DNA from: Octopus vulgaris
Taxonomy: Eukaryota
NCBI GenBank assembly: GCA_951406725.2
Contig: OX597839.1
Location: 15,500,001-15,564,000 of the forward strand
Reading direction: 5' to 3'
Length of the DNA stretch: 64,000 bases
Positions 17,251 through 30,498 of this stretch are shown piece by piece; the stretch's first letter is position 1, and every line of letters starts with the position of its first letter. Both the position numbers and the translations under genes were made by a program. A model generated the notes under the pieces. It saw only the letters and a program-made list of their open reading frames with translations, had not been told where the DNA came from and made no database searches.

Positions 17251-20200
17251 CATCATCATCATCATCATCGTTTAACGTCCGCTTTCCATGCTAGCATGGG
17301 TTGGACGGTTCAACTGGGGTCTGGGGAGCCCGAAGGCTGCACCAGGCCAGTCAGATCTGGCAGTGTTTCTACAGCTGGATGCCCTTCCTAACGCCAACCA
17401 CTCCGAGAGTGTAGTGGGTGATTTTATGTGCCACCGACACAGGTGCCAGATGAGGCTGGCAGACGGCCACGCTCGGATGGTGTTTTTATGTGCCACCGAC
17501 ACAGGTGCCAGACGAGGCTGGCAGACGGCCACGCTCAGATGGTGTTTTTATGTGCCACCGACACAGGTACCAGACGAGGCTGGCAGACGGCCACGCTCGG
17601 ACGGTGTTTGTTACGTGCCCACAGCACGGAGGCCAGTCGATGCGGTACTGGCTACGGTCCCGTTCAGATGGTTTTCTTATGTGCCACCGGCACTGGTACC
17701 ACAAGGATACAAATTCCATTGATGTTCATCTATTTTGATTTGGTTTGACTTGATTCAATTGACTTTGATTTGATTTGCCTCAACAGGTCTTCACAAGTGT
17801 CAGAAGCAGGAAGGTATGCACAGGCGGACTGACTACGTCCCAGGTAGGGGCCACGGGTTATGGCTTCACTAGTCTTGCCGGGTCTTCTCACGCACAGCAT
17901 ACTTCCATAGGTCTCGGTCTCTAGTCATTTCCATGGTGAGACCTAACGTTCGAAGGTCGTGCTTCACCACCTCGTCCCAGGTTTTCCTGGGTCTACCTCT
18001 TCCACGGGTTCCCTCAACTGCTAGGGATTGGCACTTTCTCACACACCTATCTTCATCCATTCTCGCCACATGACCATACCAGCGCAATCGTCTCTCTTGC
18101 ACGCAACAACTGATGCTTCTTATGTACAACATTTCTCTTAGGGAACTAACACTCTGTCGAGTAAGTACACTGACATTACACATCCATCGGAGCATACTGG
18201 CTTCATTCCTCATGAGCTTACGCATGTCCTCAGCAGTCACGGCCCATGTTTCACTGCCATGTAGCATGGCAGTTCGAACACATGCATCATACAGTCTGCC
18301 CTTTACTCTGAGCGAGAGGCCTTTAGTCACCAGCAGAGGTAAGAGCTCCCTAAACTTTGTCCAGGCTATTCTTATTCTAGCAGTTACACTCTCAGCGCAC
18401 CCACCCCCACTACTGACTTGGTCACCTAGATAACGGAAGCTATCAACTACTTTTTGATTTTTCCAGTTTCCCCCTGAGCTGTGACGGAAGTTGTTTCTGC
18501 AGATTTTCGGAGGTCAATGCTCCCGAGCATCTGCCACATATAAAAACTATCTTCCCAGTTAGCCTACCTTTGACATTGCTGCACCTCTTATGTGTCCATA
18601 GCTTACACTGGGTACATCTTATAGAGTTTCTACCTACACCTTTTCTACAGATCAAGCAGGGCCATCTTCCTGAGGACATTTGTGGATTGCCTACCTTTCT
18701 ACTTATTAGTACTTTGGTTTTAGCTAGGTTGACTCTAAGGCCCCTCGATTCTAAACCCTCCTTCCACACCTGGAACTTCTCCTCCAGTTCTGATAGTGAC
18801 TCAGCAATTAGAGCGAGGTCGTCAGCATAGAGGAGCTCCCAGGGGCAACCTGTCTTGAATTCCTCTGTTATTGCCTGGAGGACTATGATAAATAGGAGGG
18901 GGCTGAGTACTGAACCCTGGTGGACCCCAACCTCTACTTTGAATTCTTCTGTGTACATGTTGCCAACCCTAACCTTGCTTACGGCATCTCTGTACATGGC
19001 TTGCACAGCCCTCACCAGCCATTCATCTATCCCTAGTTTCCTCATTGACCACCAGATAAGGGATCGGGGGACCCTATCAAAGGCTTTCTCCATGTCAATG
19101 AAAGCCAGGTACAGGGGCTTATCTTTGGCTAGGTATTTCTCCTGCAGCTGCCTTACCAGGAATATAGCATCAGTGGTGCTTTTCCCTGGCACAAACCCAA
19201 ACTGCATCTCATCTAAACTAACTCTCTCTCTAATTAGTTGGGCTATGACCCTCTCCGTAACCTTCATTACCTGATCCAACAGCTTGATACCTCTGTAATT
19301 ATTTGTATCTAGGGCATCACCTTTACCTTTGTAGCAGTTGACTAGTACGCTGCTACACCAGTCATTGGGTATGACTCCTTCGTGTATCACCTGGTTGACT
19401 ATACGGGTGACTAGGTTATAGCCGACACTGCCAGATATTTTGAGCATCTCTGCAGTAATTCCTGATGGGCCTGGGGCTTTCCCTGTCTTCATGCTTCTAA
19501 TTGCCTTAGCTACCACGGAACTATCAACTCGGATAGCTGGTCCCTCTGTTGGGTCAACATTTGGCAGACTCTCTTTATCCCATTCATTTTCTTTATTCAG
19601 CAACCTTTCATAGTAGCATCTCCAAACCTCTCTCTTTGCATCCTCATTTAGCGCAAGTGAACCATCATCCATGCAAACACACTTCTCTCCTACCACATCA
19701 CGATTCTCTCTCACACACTGTCTTGCAACACGAAATACCTCAAGTCTTTCATCCTCATGGCGCAGAACATTGGCAAATTTTTTCTTATCTGCTTCCCCTC
19801 TGGCTAAATAAACCTGTCTCCTAGCTTCCCTTCTGGCTGTCTGATACAATTCCCTGCTACCACCGTTCTTCCAGTCCTTCCAAGCCTGTCTCTTTTGTCT
19901 AATAGCCCTGTCAACCACAGTGTTCCACCACCATGTTACTCTGGGTTGAGATGGTACTTTGCTCCATCCACAGATCTGGTCAGTGGCTGTCAGCAGATTG
20001 TCCCGTAGAAATCTCCAGTTGTCTTCCACATTAAGTGAAGCTATATCCCCTTCTATTTCGTCAAAGGCTTCGAGTAGTATGTCTCTAAATCTCTGTCCAT
20101 TTGCAGGATCTTTAAGCTTCCAGACCCTTCTCCTCCAAGCAGGTCTTCTTCTGGGCAACCATTTAGCTCTGACCCTGAAGTCGCTAACTACTAATCTATG

Positions 20201-21566
20201 TTGAGGAGTGCATTCTTCGCCTGGAAAGGTTTTGGCATTTATAATCAGCCCTCTTTCCCTTTTTCTGGCAAGGATGTAGTCAATCTGGCTGGTGTGTCTG
20301 CCAGAACGGTAGGTGACTAGGTGAGAGGAGAGTTTCCTGAAGTTGGTATTGCAGACCATAAGGTCATTTGCATCGCAGAACTCCAGCAGCCTGGTTCCCT
20401 CCTCATTACGAGAGCCGAAACCGTAGCCTCCATGGACGCCATGGAAGCCCCCGACATGCCGTCCGACATGTCCATTGAAATCACCTGCCACGAAGAGAAG
20501 GTCACTGTCATTTGTCAACGAGGTAGTTCGCAATAGGGTGTCATAGAATTGGTCTTTTTGTCCTTCCGGTAGCCCTGGTTGAGGGGCATATGCCGAGATG
20601 ATGGTAACTGTCCTGTGGTGAAGGACTAATCTAATTTTAATTACTCTGTCACTTACTCTGACTACCTCAATTACCTTACCTACCCATTTCTCTGCAAGAA
20701 GTATACCCACGCCCCCGACCCCGTCAGTGTTCCCTGCCCAGAAAATCTTGTACCTGTGTTCCTTGCCTGTGAGGAGCCTAGCGGAACCTCCTCTCCACCT
20801 TACTTCCTGGATACAACATACATCCACACGTCTCCGTTCAAGCAGCTCTACAATCTCTCCAGACCTACCTTTCAATGTGCCAACATTGAGTGTGCCAACT
20901 CTGAGGGTGTGGGCATCTGAGACCCTGGGATGAGGGGCAGCCGTGTCATGTACCAGTGAAATGACGATGGGATTTGATTCACAATTCATGTTGTTGGTAT
21001 CGGCTTGGCAACAGGTAATAACAGATGGCTTAAGGTAGTTCTTAGAAGAAAACTAGAACCCAAGAAACAGATAATTGATTTACCGTTTATGAGGTACACT
21101 GTAAGAGTTCTATATCAAGGTATTGCGTGTCGCAGTTGAGATTAATTGAATCACTCGTTGTGTTTATCTTTCTCTTGATATGAATATACTTCCAGACATG
21201 TTTCTGTAGCAGTTTTCTTCGTGGCGAGAATTTCACCTAACCGCTATAGTTGAATCTGTAGTTGTCTCGTGTACAATTTAAATCTTCGATGTTTGTCGAT
21301 TGGTTCTTGCTGCTTCTTCATTATATGTTCTGCTTGGTTATTTTTCTCTAGTTATAGATATCCTGTAACCGTTTTCTTCATGGTGATATTTCACACTAAC
21401 AGTATGAGAGGTATCTGTAACATCTTGTATTAATGGTGGTCGCCTGCCTCGAACTGTAACTTGGTCGAGTATGCTCTGTGTGGTCAGAGACTTAGCTCTT
21501 AAAAGAACTAAAAGCCTAAGACGAGCTGTGTGGTCAGAGGTTTAGCTCTGAGAAGAACTAAAAACC
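17251..21566 (-). mobile_element. Near full-length RTE-clade LINE: 5' UTR, APE-RT-PHD ORF, structured 3' UTR and (GAT)n tail
   Basis: ORFs 18443..20989 and 17869..18330. (CAT)n at 17251. Both ends abut (TA)n. Confidence 0.95.
17869..20989 (-). pseudogene. RTE ORF: apurinic endonuclease + reverse transcriptase + PHD-like finger + C-terminal domain, frameshifted near 18450-18500
   Basis: APE motifs GTLNV, IQE, SAYAP, GDFNG, SQIDY. RT motifs YRGIKLL, QFGF, DMEKAFD, GVHQGSVLSP, LYADD. C4HC3 cluster. C-terminal MLHGSETW and [15 protein letters not shown]. Confidence 0.93.
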
Positions 21567-21598
21567 TATATATATTTGTATGTATGTATATATGTATA

Positions 21599-22000
21599 TA
21601 TTACTCTTTTACTTGTTTCAGTCATTTGACTGCGCCCATGCTGGAGCACCGCCTTTAGTCGAGCAAATCGACCCCGGGACTTATTCTTTGTAAGCCCAGT
21701 ACTTATTCTATCGGTCTCTTTTGCCGAACCGCTAAGTGACGGGGACGTAAACACACCAGCATCGGTTGTCAAGCAATGCTAGGGTGACAAACACAGACAC
21801 ACAAACACACACATATATATATATATATACATATATACGACAGGTTTCTTTCAGTTTCCGTCTACCAAATCCACTCACAAGGCATTGGTCGGCCCGGGGC
21901 CATAGCAGAGGACACTTGCCCAAGATGCCACGCAGTGGGACTGAACCCGCAACCATGTGGTTGGTTAGCAAGCTACTTACCACACAGCCACTCCTGCGCC
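21599..22000 (-). mobile_element. Full-length tRNA-derived SINE
   Basis: Minus strand starts GGCGCAGGAGTGGCTGTGTGGTAAG with a GGTTCAGTCCC B-box, a CORE-like TGGCATCTTGGGCAAGT, an internal (TA)/(TG) tract, and ends CAGTCAAATGACTGAAACAAGTAAAAGAG. Homologous to 58398-58752. Confidence 0.9.
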
Positions 22001-22132
22001 TGTGTATATATATGTATGTATATATATATGTATGTATATATATATATATGTATGTATATATATATGTATGTATGTATATATATATATGTATGTATGTATA
22101 TATATGTATGTATGTATATATATATATGTATG

Positions 22133-22165
<33 letters not shown>

Positions 22166-22166
22166 G

Positions 22167-22207
<41 letters not shown>

Positions 22208-22248
22208 GTATGTATATATATATATGTATGTATATATATATATGTATG

Positions 22249-22279
<31 letters not shown>

Positions 22280-22928
22280 GTATATACCTCTATTAACTCT
22301 GCCAGACCAAGTCTCGCTCTATCATCTTTTTTCAACCCTCGCGTATCTGTCTATCGATCTCCGCCATCTTTGAAGCCTGTTCCCTTAATACACTTCCGCC
22401 TTGTCCAAAAATTCCTTTCCGGTCAATTTCTTTACTTAAGGCAACAACATGTGCTCTCTCTTTCATTCACCTAGCAGCTAATAATCTCGAGCACAGCTAA
22501 GTTTGAATGCTTATATTATTTTATTTTTATTTATTTATTTTCACTTCACTTCTCGACCAATCATACATGTTTTCCTATCTGTTGTTATTTATCTATCTAA
22601 GTATTGTATCTAATTTCTCCTCTATTAACTCTGCCAGACCAAGTCTCGCTCTATCATCTTTTTTTCAACCTCCGCGTATACGCGGTGCCCCCACCCTGCC
22701 CACCCCCACCACCAATACCGGATATCTCTATATTTTTGCTCCATCTATACCGGATGTTGTTTCTCCCACCACCATTATAGGTGTCTACTCTTCGAACCCC
22801 CCTCCTCAATAAGCTATTTCACCATGCATTACCCTCTTGAGATCCTACGTTCTACTTGCCTAAGAACCTGTCATCATTCTCTGAACCACCCCTCCCCACT
22901 GGTGCTCCCCTATATTTCTGCACCCCCC

Positions 22929-23181
22929 CACATAGAAAAAGCACCATCCGAACGTGACCGATGCCAGACCCCTCTGGCACCTGTGCAGGTGGCACGTAAA
23001 AAACACCCACTACACTCGCGGAGTGGTTGGCGTTAGGAAGGGCATCCAGCTGTAGAAACACTGCCAGACTAGACTGGAGCCTGGGGCAGTCCCTAGCTCC
23101 CCAGACCCCGGTCGAAACCGTCCAACCCGTGCTAGCGCGGAAAACGGACGTTAAACGATGATGATGATGATGATGATGATG
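22929..23181 (+). mobile_element. RTE 3' UTR fragment with (GAT)n tail
   Basis: GAGTGGTTGGCGTTAGGAAGGGCATCCAGCTGTAGAAAC and tail match the RTE 3' end. Confidence 0.9.
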
Positions 23182-23234
<53 letters not shown>

Positions 23235-23393
23235 TGTATATATATATATGTATGTATATATATATGTATATATATATATATGTATGTATATATATATATA
23301 TATTTGTATGTATATATATATGTATGTGTATATATATGTATATATATATATATGTATGTATATATATATATATATTTGTATGTATATATATAT

Positions 23394-23435
<42 letters not shown>

Positions 23436-23456
23436 TATGTATGTATATATGTATAT

Positions 23457-23599
23457 ATTACTCTTTTACTTGTTTCAGTCATTTGACTGCGGCCATGCTG
23501 GAGCACCGCCTTTAGTCGAGCAAATCGACCCCGGGACTTATTCTTTGTAAGCCCAGTACTTATTCTATCGGTCTCTTTTGCCGAACCGCTAAGTGACGG
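23457..23599 (-). mobile_element. 3' portion of the tRNA-SINE, fused head-to-head with LINE copy D
   Basis: Near-identical to 21599-21742. Confidence 0.9.
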
Positions 23600-25658
23600 C
23601 AAAAAGTCCCGCCTAAAAATAAAACTGTTGGAAATCGAAAAATGTCTGCAACTCTCCCATGAAAAGGAAAGAGCAGACAAAGAAGCCTGGGCTATAGACA
23701 ACATAAAATCTAACCCCAGAGCTTTCTACAGGTATGCCAAAGAAACAGCTACGGTGCACTGTAGAATAGGGCCACTCCTCGAAAAGGATGGCACACTTAC
23801 AGGAAAACCAATGAGGGTAAGTGAAATACTGAATGAGCAATTCAAGAGTGTTTTCACTCCACCCCTTGGGCATCTCCAAATCACCAATCCAACTGACTTT
23901 TTTACCACTGCAGATATAGAATCAGAGGCGGCGACGATAAATTACATCGATATAAAGGAAGACGATGTAATCAAGGCTATAGATGAAATGAAAACAGACT
24001 CAGCTACTGGCCCCGATGGATTCCCGGCAATCCTCCTAAAAGCATGTAAGAGAGTCCTAGCAAGACCACTGCAGTTCCTCTTTCATAGCTTCCTTGCAGC
24101 TGGCAAACTTCCAAGAAAACTGAAGGAAGGTAAAATATGCCCCATTCATAAAGGAGGTAGCAGAGCGGAAGCCAAGAACTATAGACCTATCTCTCTGACC
24201 TCACACATCAGCAAGGTCATGGAACGAATAGTCAGAAGGAAGCTGATCACCTTCCTTGAAGAGAATGACTTGCTGCCCGACACCCAACATGGTTTCCGAC
24301 CAGGGAGAAGCTGTTTAACTCAGCTCCTACAACACTATGACTGGGTGCTGAAACGGCTGCTCAACCACTCAAATGTGGAAGTGATATATCTCGACTTTGC
24401 AAAGGCCTTTGATAAAGTCGATCATGGAATGATATGTCACAAACTGCGTGATCTCAACATAGTTGGAAAACTGGGAGAATGGCTTCAGGACTTTCTTAAA
24501 GATAGAAGTCAGGTGGTAGTGGCCAATGGGGCCACTTCCATTAACACGCAAATAGTGAGCGGTGTTCCGCAGGGCACTGTTCTGGGACCACTACTGTTCA
24601 TAATGGCCCTCTCAGACATGCCCTCAGCCACGCAGAGAGCCACGATCACAAGTTATGCAGATGATACAAAATTTTCACAGGCAATACAGAACCCTGAGGA
24701 CACTAAACACCTGCAATATGAGCTGGACAAAATATACAAGTGGGCTGGAAAGAATAGCATGCAGTTCAATGCTGAAAAGTTTCAAGCTCTATACTATCAG
24801 CATGCAAAACTAAATGCAATACCCAATGAATACACTGAACCCGGAGGAATAGCAATCCCAGAGGCACAATCAGTGCGTGACCTAGGTATTTACATGAGTG
24901 ATGACGCGACTTTTCGTGTACATGTTGCTAAATTGGCAATGAAATGTAGACGACTGGCCGGATGGATCCTCAGAACCTTTAGAACAAGAGAACAAGAAAC
25001 CATGATGGTCCTCTGGAGGACACTTGCCCTAAGCCACTTTGACTACTGCTCTCAGTTATGGTCACCATCCAGTGTCAAGTTGATCACAGAGCTCGAGGCG
25101 ATCCAACGAAGCTACACGAAGAAGATAGCCTCTATGCAGAATGTAAGCTACTGGGAAAGACTCAAGAGATTAAAACTATATTCCCTGGAGTGTAGGCGGG
25201 AAAGATATGCCATAATATACATCTGGAAGATCCTGGAGGGACGTGTCCTGAACTTTGGCATCGAGAGTTACGCAAATGCCAGAACTGGGCGCCACTGCGT
25301 GGTGCCTAGGACTCCAAACTTGCCATCAAGATGTAGGACAAGATACTGTGATAGCCTGGGCTTCCGAGGCCCACAGCTCTTCAATATCCTCCCGAAGAAC
25401 CTGAGAGACCTGCATGGGGTGGATGCAGATGTCTTTAAAATGAAGCTGGATCTCTTCCTGTCAGGTTTCCCAGATGAACCAACTTCACGGCAGGAGGGGC
25501 AGATGAGGGCAGCTGCATCGAACTCTCTCATGCACCAAATGGCAGTTGCTAGAAAGCTTTCGTGAAGTGAAACCAAGTAGCAACACCAAATGGCGGTGCC
25601 CCAGCATGGCCACAGCTCATAAGCTGAAACTAGAATCAATCAATCAATCAATCAATCA
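23600..25658 (+). mobile_element. CR1/L2-group LINE copy D, the longest copy, 5'-truncated (no endonuclease), with (TCAA)n tail
   Basis: Uninterrupted ORF to 25565. Tail at 25636-25658. Confidence 0.95.
23628..25565 (+). CDS. Non-LTR retrotransposon ORF2 fragment with an intact reverse transcriptase domain
   Basis: [56 protein letters not shown]. No stops; the frame is open back to the truncation point and has no true start. Confidence 0.85.
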   Translation: MEIEKCLQLSHEKERADKEAWAIDNIKSNPRAFYRYAKETATVHCRIGPLLEKDGTLTGKPMRVSEILNEQFKSVFTPPLGHLQITNPTDFFTTADIESEAATINYIDIKEDDVIKAIDEMKTDSATGPDGFPAILLKACKRVLARPLQFLFHSFLAAGKLPRKLKEGKICPIHKGGSRAEAKNYRPISLTSHISKVMERIVRRKLITFLEENDLLPDTQHGFRPGRSCLTQLLQHYDWVLKRLLNHSNVEVIYLDFAKAFDKVDHGMICHKLRDLNIVGKLGEWLQDFLKDRSQVVVANGATSINTQIVSGVPQGTVLGPLLFIMALSDMPSATQRATITSYADDTKFSQAIQNPEDTKHLQYELDKIYKWAGKNSMQFNAEKFQALYYQHAKLNAIPNEYTEPGGIAIPEAQSVRDLGIYMSDDATFRVHVAKLAMKCRRLAGWILRTFRTREQETMMVLWRTLALSHFDYCSQLWSPSSVKLITELEAIQRSYTKKIASMQNVSYWERLKRLKLYSLECRRERYAIIYIWKILEGRVLNFGIESYANARTGRHCVVPRTPNLPSRCRTRYCDSLGFRGPQLFNILPKNLRDLHGVDADVFKMKLDLFLSGFPDEPTSRQEGQMRAAASNSLMHQMAVARKLS

Positions 25659-26949
<1,291 letters not shown>

Positions 26950-28300
26950 ATCATCATCATCATCATCGTTTAACGTCTGTTTTCCGTGCTAGCACGAGTT
27001 GGACGGTTCAACCGGGCTCTGGGAAGCCAGGGGCTGCTCCAGGCTCCAGTCTGATCTGGCAGCCACTCCGCGAGTGTAGTGGGTGCTTTTTACGTGCCAC
27101 CTGCACAGGTGCCAGGGAGGGTCCGGCATCGGTCATGATCGGTTCGAGCTTTTAACGTGCCAGCGGCATGGAAGCCAGCCGAGGCGGCGCTGGCAACGTT
27201 CGGATGGTCTTTTTTATGTGCCACCAGCACAGGAGCCAGTCGGGGCAGCGCTGGCATCGGCCACGTTCGGATGGTGCTTTTTATGTGCCACCGGCACAGA
27301 AGCCAGTCGGGGCGGTGCTGGCATCAGCCACGTTCGGATAGTGCTTTTTATTTGCCACCGGCACAAGCATCTTAACTACTTTTTCCATTGATATTTATTT
27401 CGACGTTCATGTTCATGTACTTGACTCAACAGGTCTCCTCAAGCACAGCTGGACGATCTGGGATCCGGGGTACTTTGAATGGGCAGTGGCTATGCGGAAC
27501 TGATGCAGGAAGCAGCCCGGGTCTTTGCAGTCACAGCATATCTCCAGAGATCTCGGTCCTTCGCCATTGCCTCAGTGAGGCCCAACGCTCTGAGGTCATG
27601 CTTGACTACTTCTTCACACATCTCTCCTCATCCATCCGCAGCACATGACCATACCATCGCAAGCGTCGCTCTTGCACAACACATCTGATGCTTCTTATAT
27701 CCAGCATTTCTCTCAGGGTGCTTACACTCTGTCGTGCGTGCACACTGACATTACACATCCAGCGGATCATGCTAGCTTCATTTCTTTCATGTCTACGCAT
27801 GTCCTCTGCAGTCACAGCCCATGTTTCACTACCGTGAAGCATGGCAGTTTGCACACATGCATCATACAATCTACCTTTCGCTCTGAGGGAGAGACCCTTT
27901 GTCGCCAGTTGGGGTAGGAGTTTTCTGAACTTTGCCCAGGCTATTCGTATTCTAGTGGTGATAATCTCTGTGCATCCACCTCCACTACTAACTTGGTCAC
28001 CCAGGTAGCGGAAACTATCAACTACTTCTAGTTTCTCTCCCTGGAGTGTGATGGAATCTGTTTTATGAGTGTCTGTGGTGTCTATTGTCCCTGTGCATCT
28101 GCTGCACATGAAAGCTATCTTATCTGTTAATTTCCCTTTAATGTTGCTGCACCTCTTGTGCATCCATAGCTTACATTGGGTGCATCTTATGGAGTTTCTA
28201 CCTACACCTTTCCTACAGATTGAGCAGGGCCACCTACCCGAGGGGGTGTGCGCTGAGTTCGCCTTGCTGCTTACTATAACTTTGGTCTTTGCTACATTTA
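26950..28300 (-). mobile_element. RTE LINE 3' fragment (diverged subfamily, internal deletions)
   Basis: ORF 27606..28163 is homologous to the RTE PHD/C-terminal region. 3' UTR repeat units and (CAT)n at 26950. Confidence 0.92.
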
Positions 28301-28330
28301 CTATATATATGTATGTATATATATATGTAT

Positions 28331-28389
<59 letters not shown>

Positions 28390-28557
28390 AAAGTATGTAT
28401 ATATATATGTATATATGTATATATATATATATGTATGTATATATATATATATATGTATGTATATATATATATATGTATGTATATATGTATATATATATGT
28501 ATGTATGTATATATATGTATGTTTATGTATGTATATATGTATGTATATATATATGTA

Positions 28558-29640
28558 TTGGTCCCACTCCTGAACTATATGGTCGTTATATTGACGACAT
28601 TATCGGTGCCACCTCACTCTCCCGCGAACATCTAGATTCCTTCCTCTCTTTCGTCCAATCTTTCCATCCAGCCCTCCACTTCACTTCCACTATCTCCAAC
28701 ACCTCTGTCTCCTTCCTCGACATTTCGGTTAGCATTCTTCACTCCACTCTTACCACCTCCATTCACTACAAACACACAGACTCACACTCATACCTCAACT
28801 TCTCTTCCTCCCACCCAGAACACACCAAGCTTTCCATCCCCTATTCCCAATTCCTCCGTCTACGTAGGCTCTGTAGTGACGACCATGACTTTGAGACTCA
28901 GTCTCAACGTATGGCTCACCACTTCACCCTACGTGGATACCCCCTCACCACTATCCACACCGCCCTTGCCAGAGCATGGTCCGTGGACCGTGTATCTGCT
29001 CTCTCTCCCCGAACCCGCCCTGTAGTCTCCCGCCTCCCTTTTCCCCTCACTTACCACCCCACGACCCTACGTCTCCAACGCACCATTCTTCGAGCTTTCC
29101 GTCATCTCCAGTCCGACCCGTCCACTTCACACCTCTTCCCTAACCGACCCCTCCCCTCTTTCAAACGAGCCCACAACCTTCGAGACCTTTTGGTCCATAG
29201 CTCCTTCCCTGACCCTACCTCCCAACCCGGCTCGTTCCCCTGCTCCCGCCCACGTTGCCGCACTTGCCCTTACCTCTCCAACACCACCCGCCTCACTAGC
29301 ACCCACCATCGACCCTATCCCATCATCCACTCCTTCACCTGCACCTCCAGCAATATTATCTATTGCATCTCTTGCTCTCTCTGCAATTCCTTGTACATCG
29401 GACAAACGGGACGCCGCTTGGCTGACCGGTTCGCGGAACACCTTCGTGACATCCACCTTGCGAACGACACACCGGTCTCACGCCATTTCCGCTCCACCGG
29501 TCACTCCTTGCAACACCTATCTGTGTTCGGTTTGTCCTTACACAGAGGCCATCCGGATTCCCGTTTGCGCCGTGAACAGGAATTAATCTTCTCTCTTCGC
29601 TCTTATACGCCATTTGGTCTCAACTCTCCCCCCTCCTCAT
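28558..29640 (+). CDS. Penelope-like RT (C-terminal half) + GIY-YIG endonuclease
   Basis: Genuine part of ORF 28329..29969; the N-terminal YI and C-terminal P/S/L stretches come from low-complexity DNA. Confidence 0.8.
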
Positions 29641-30460
29641 CTAACCCCCTCTCCCCCTCCTCACCTATCCTTTCTCCCCCGACCCCTACTTCTTCAGTCC
29701 TTCATCCTTTCACCCCTACTCCCCTTCCCTTCTTCCCTCTTTCTCCCTCCCTCTTCCCCTTCCCTCTGCTCCCTCACTCCCTCTCTCCCCTTCTCTCTCC
29801 CCCTCTCCCTCTTTCCTCCTTCATCCCCCTCATCCCCTTCCTTCTCCCCCATCCTCTCCTCTCACCTTTCTTCCCCTCCCCTTCTCTCCCCCTCTTCTCC
29901 CCCTCCCCTCTTCTCCTCACTACACCACATGACTTTACACATCACATCACATATGATGTGCCATACTAATACACACACCAACTAATACATACTAATACGT
30001 ACTAATACATACTAGTACATACTAATACTTACACCAACCCTATACATACACACGTCCAGACCTCTCATACGCACTTATACTCTCTCTCACACACACACAC
30101 ACACCTATACATACCAATACGTACTAATACATACTAATACATACTAATACATACACCAACCCCATACATACGCACGTCCAGACCAATCTTACGCACTAAT
30201 ACTCTCTCATACACACACACACACCCTTATACATACTAATACATACACCAACCCTATACATACACACATCCAGACCCCTCCCACGCACTTTTAGCTGGTC
30301 CCTCAACCCATTTATCAACCCTATTATCTCCCCTTATTTCGCTCTCGCGTCTCATGTTTGATCTTTGACCTCTGGCCGAAATCAGATCGCCATGTTGATT
30401 CGTTAGCTACTGCACGCATTTTTTTCTCTCCTTCTTTCTGTGTTTTTCTCTCTCTGTGTA

Positions 30461-30498
30461 TCTTTCTGTTGAAGAGCGTAGGCTCGAAACGTTAAAGA
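30461..30498 (+). ncRNA. Candidate minimal hammerhead ribozyme, atypical CUGUUGA(A) core
   Basis: TCTTT-CTGTTGA-A-GAGC GTAG GCTC-GAA-ACGT-T-AAAGA. Confidence 0.55.

Noticed and set aside
29640-29985. Pro/Ser/Leu-rich ORF extension of the Penelope protein
   Set aside because: Read-through into a polypyrimidine tract after the GLN end motif
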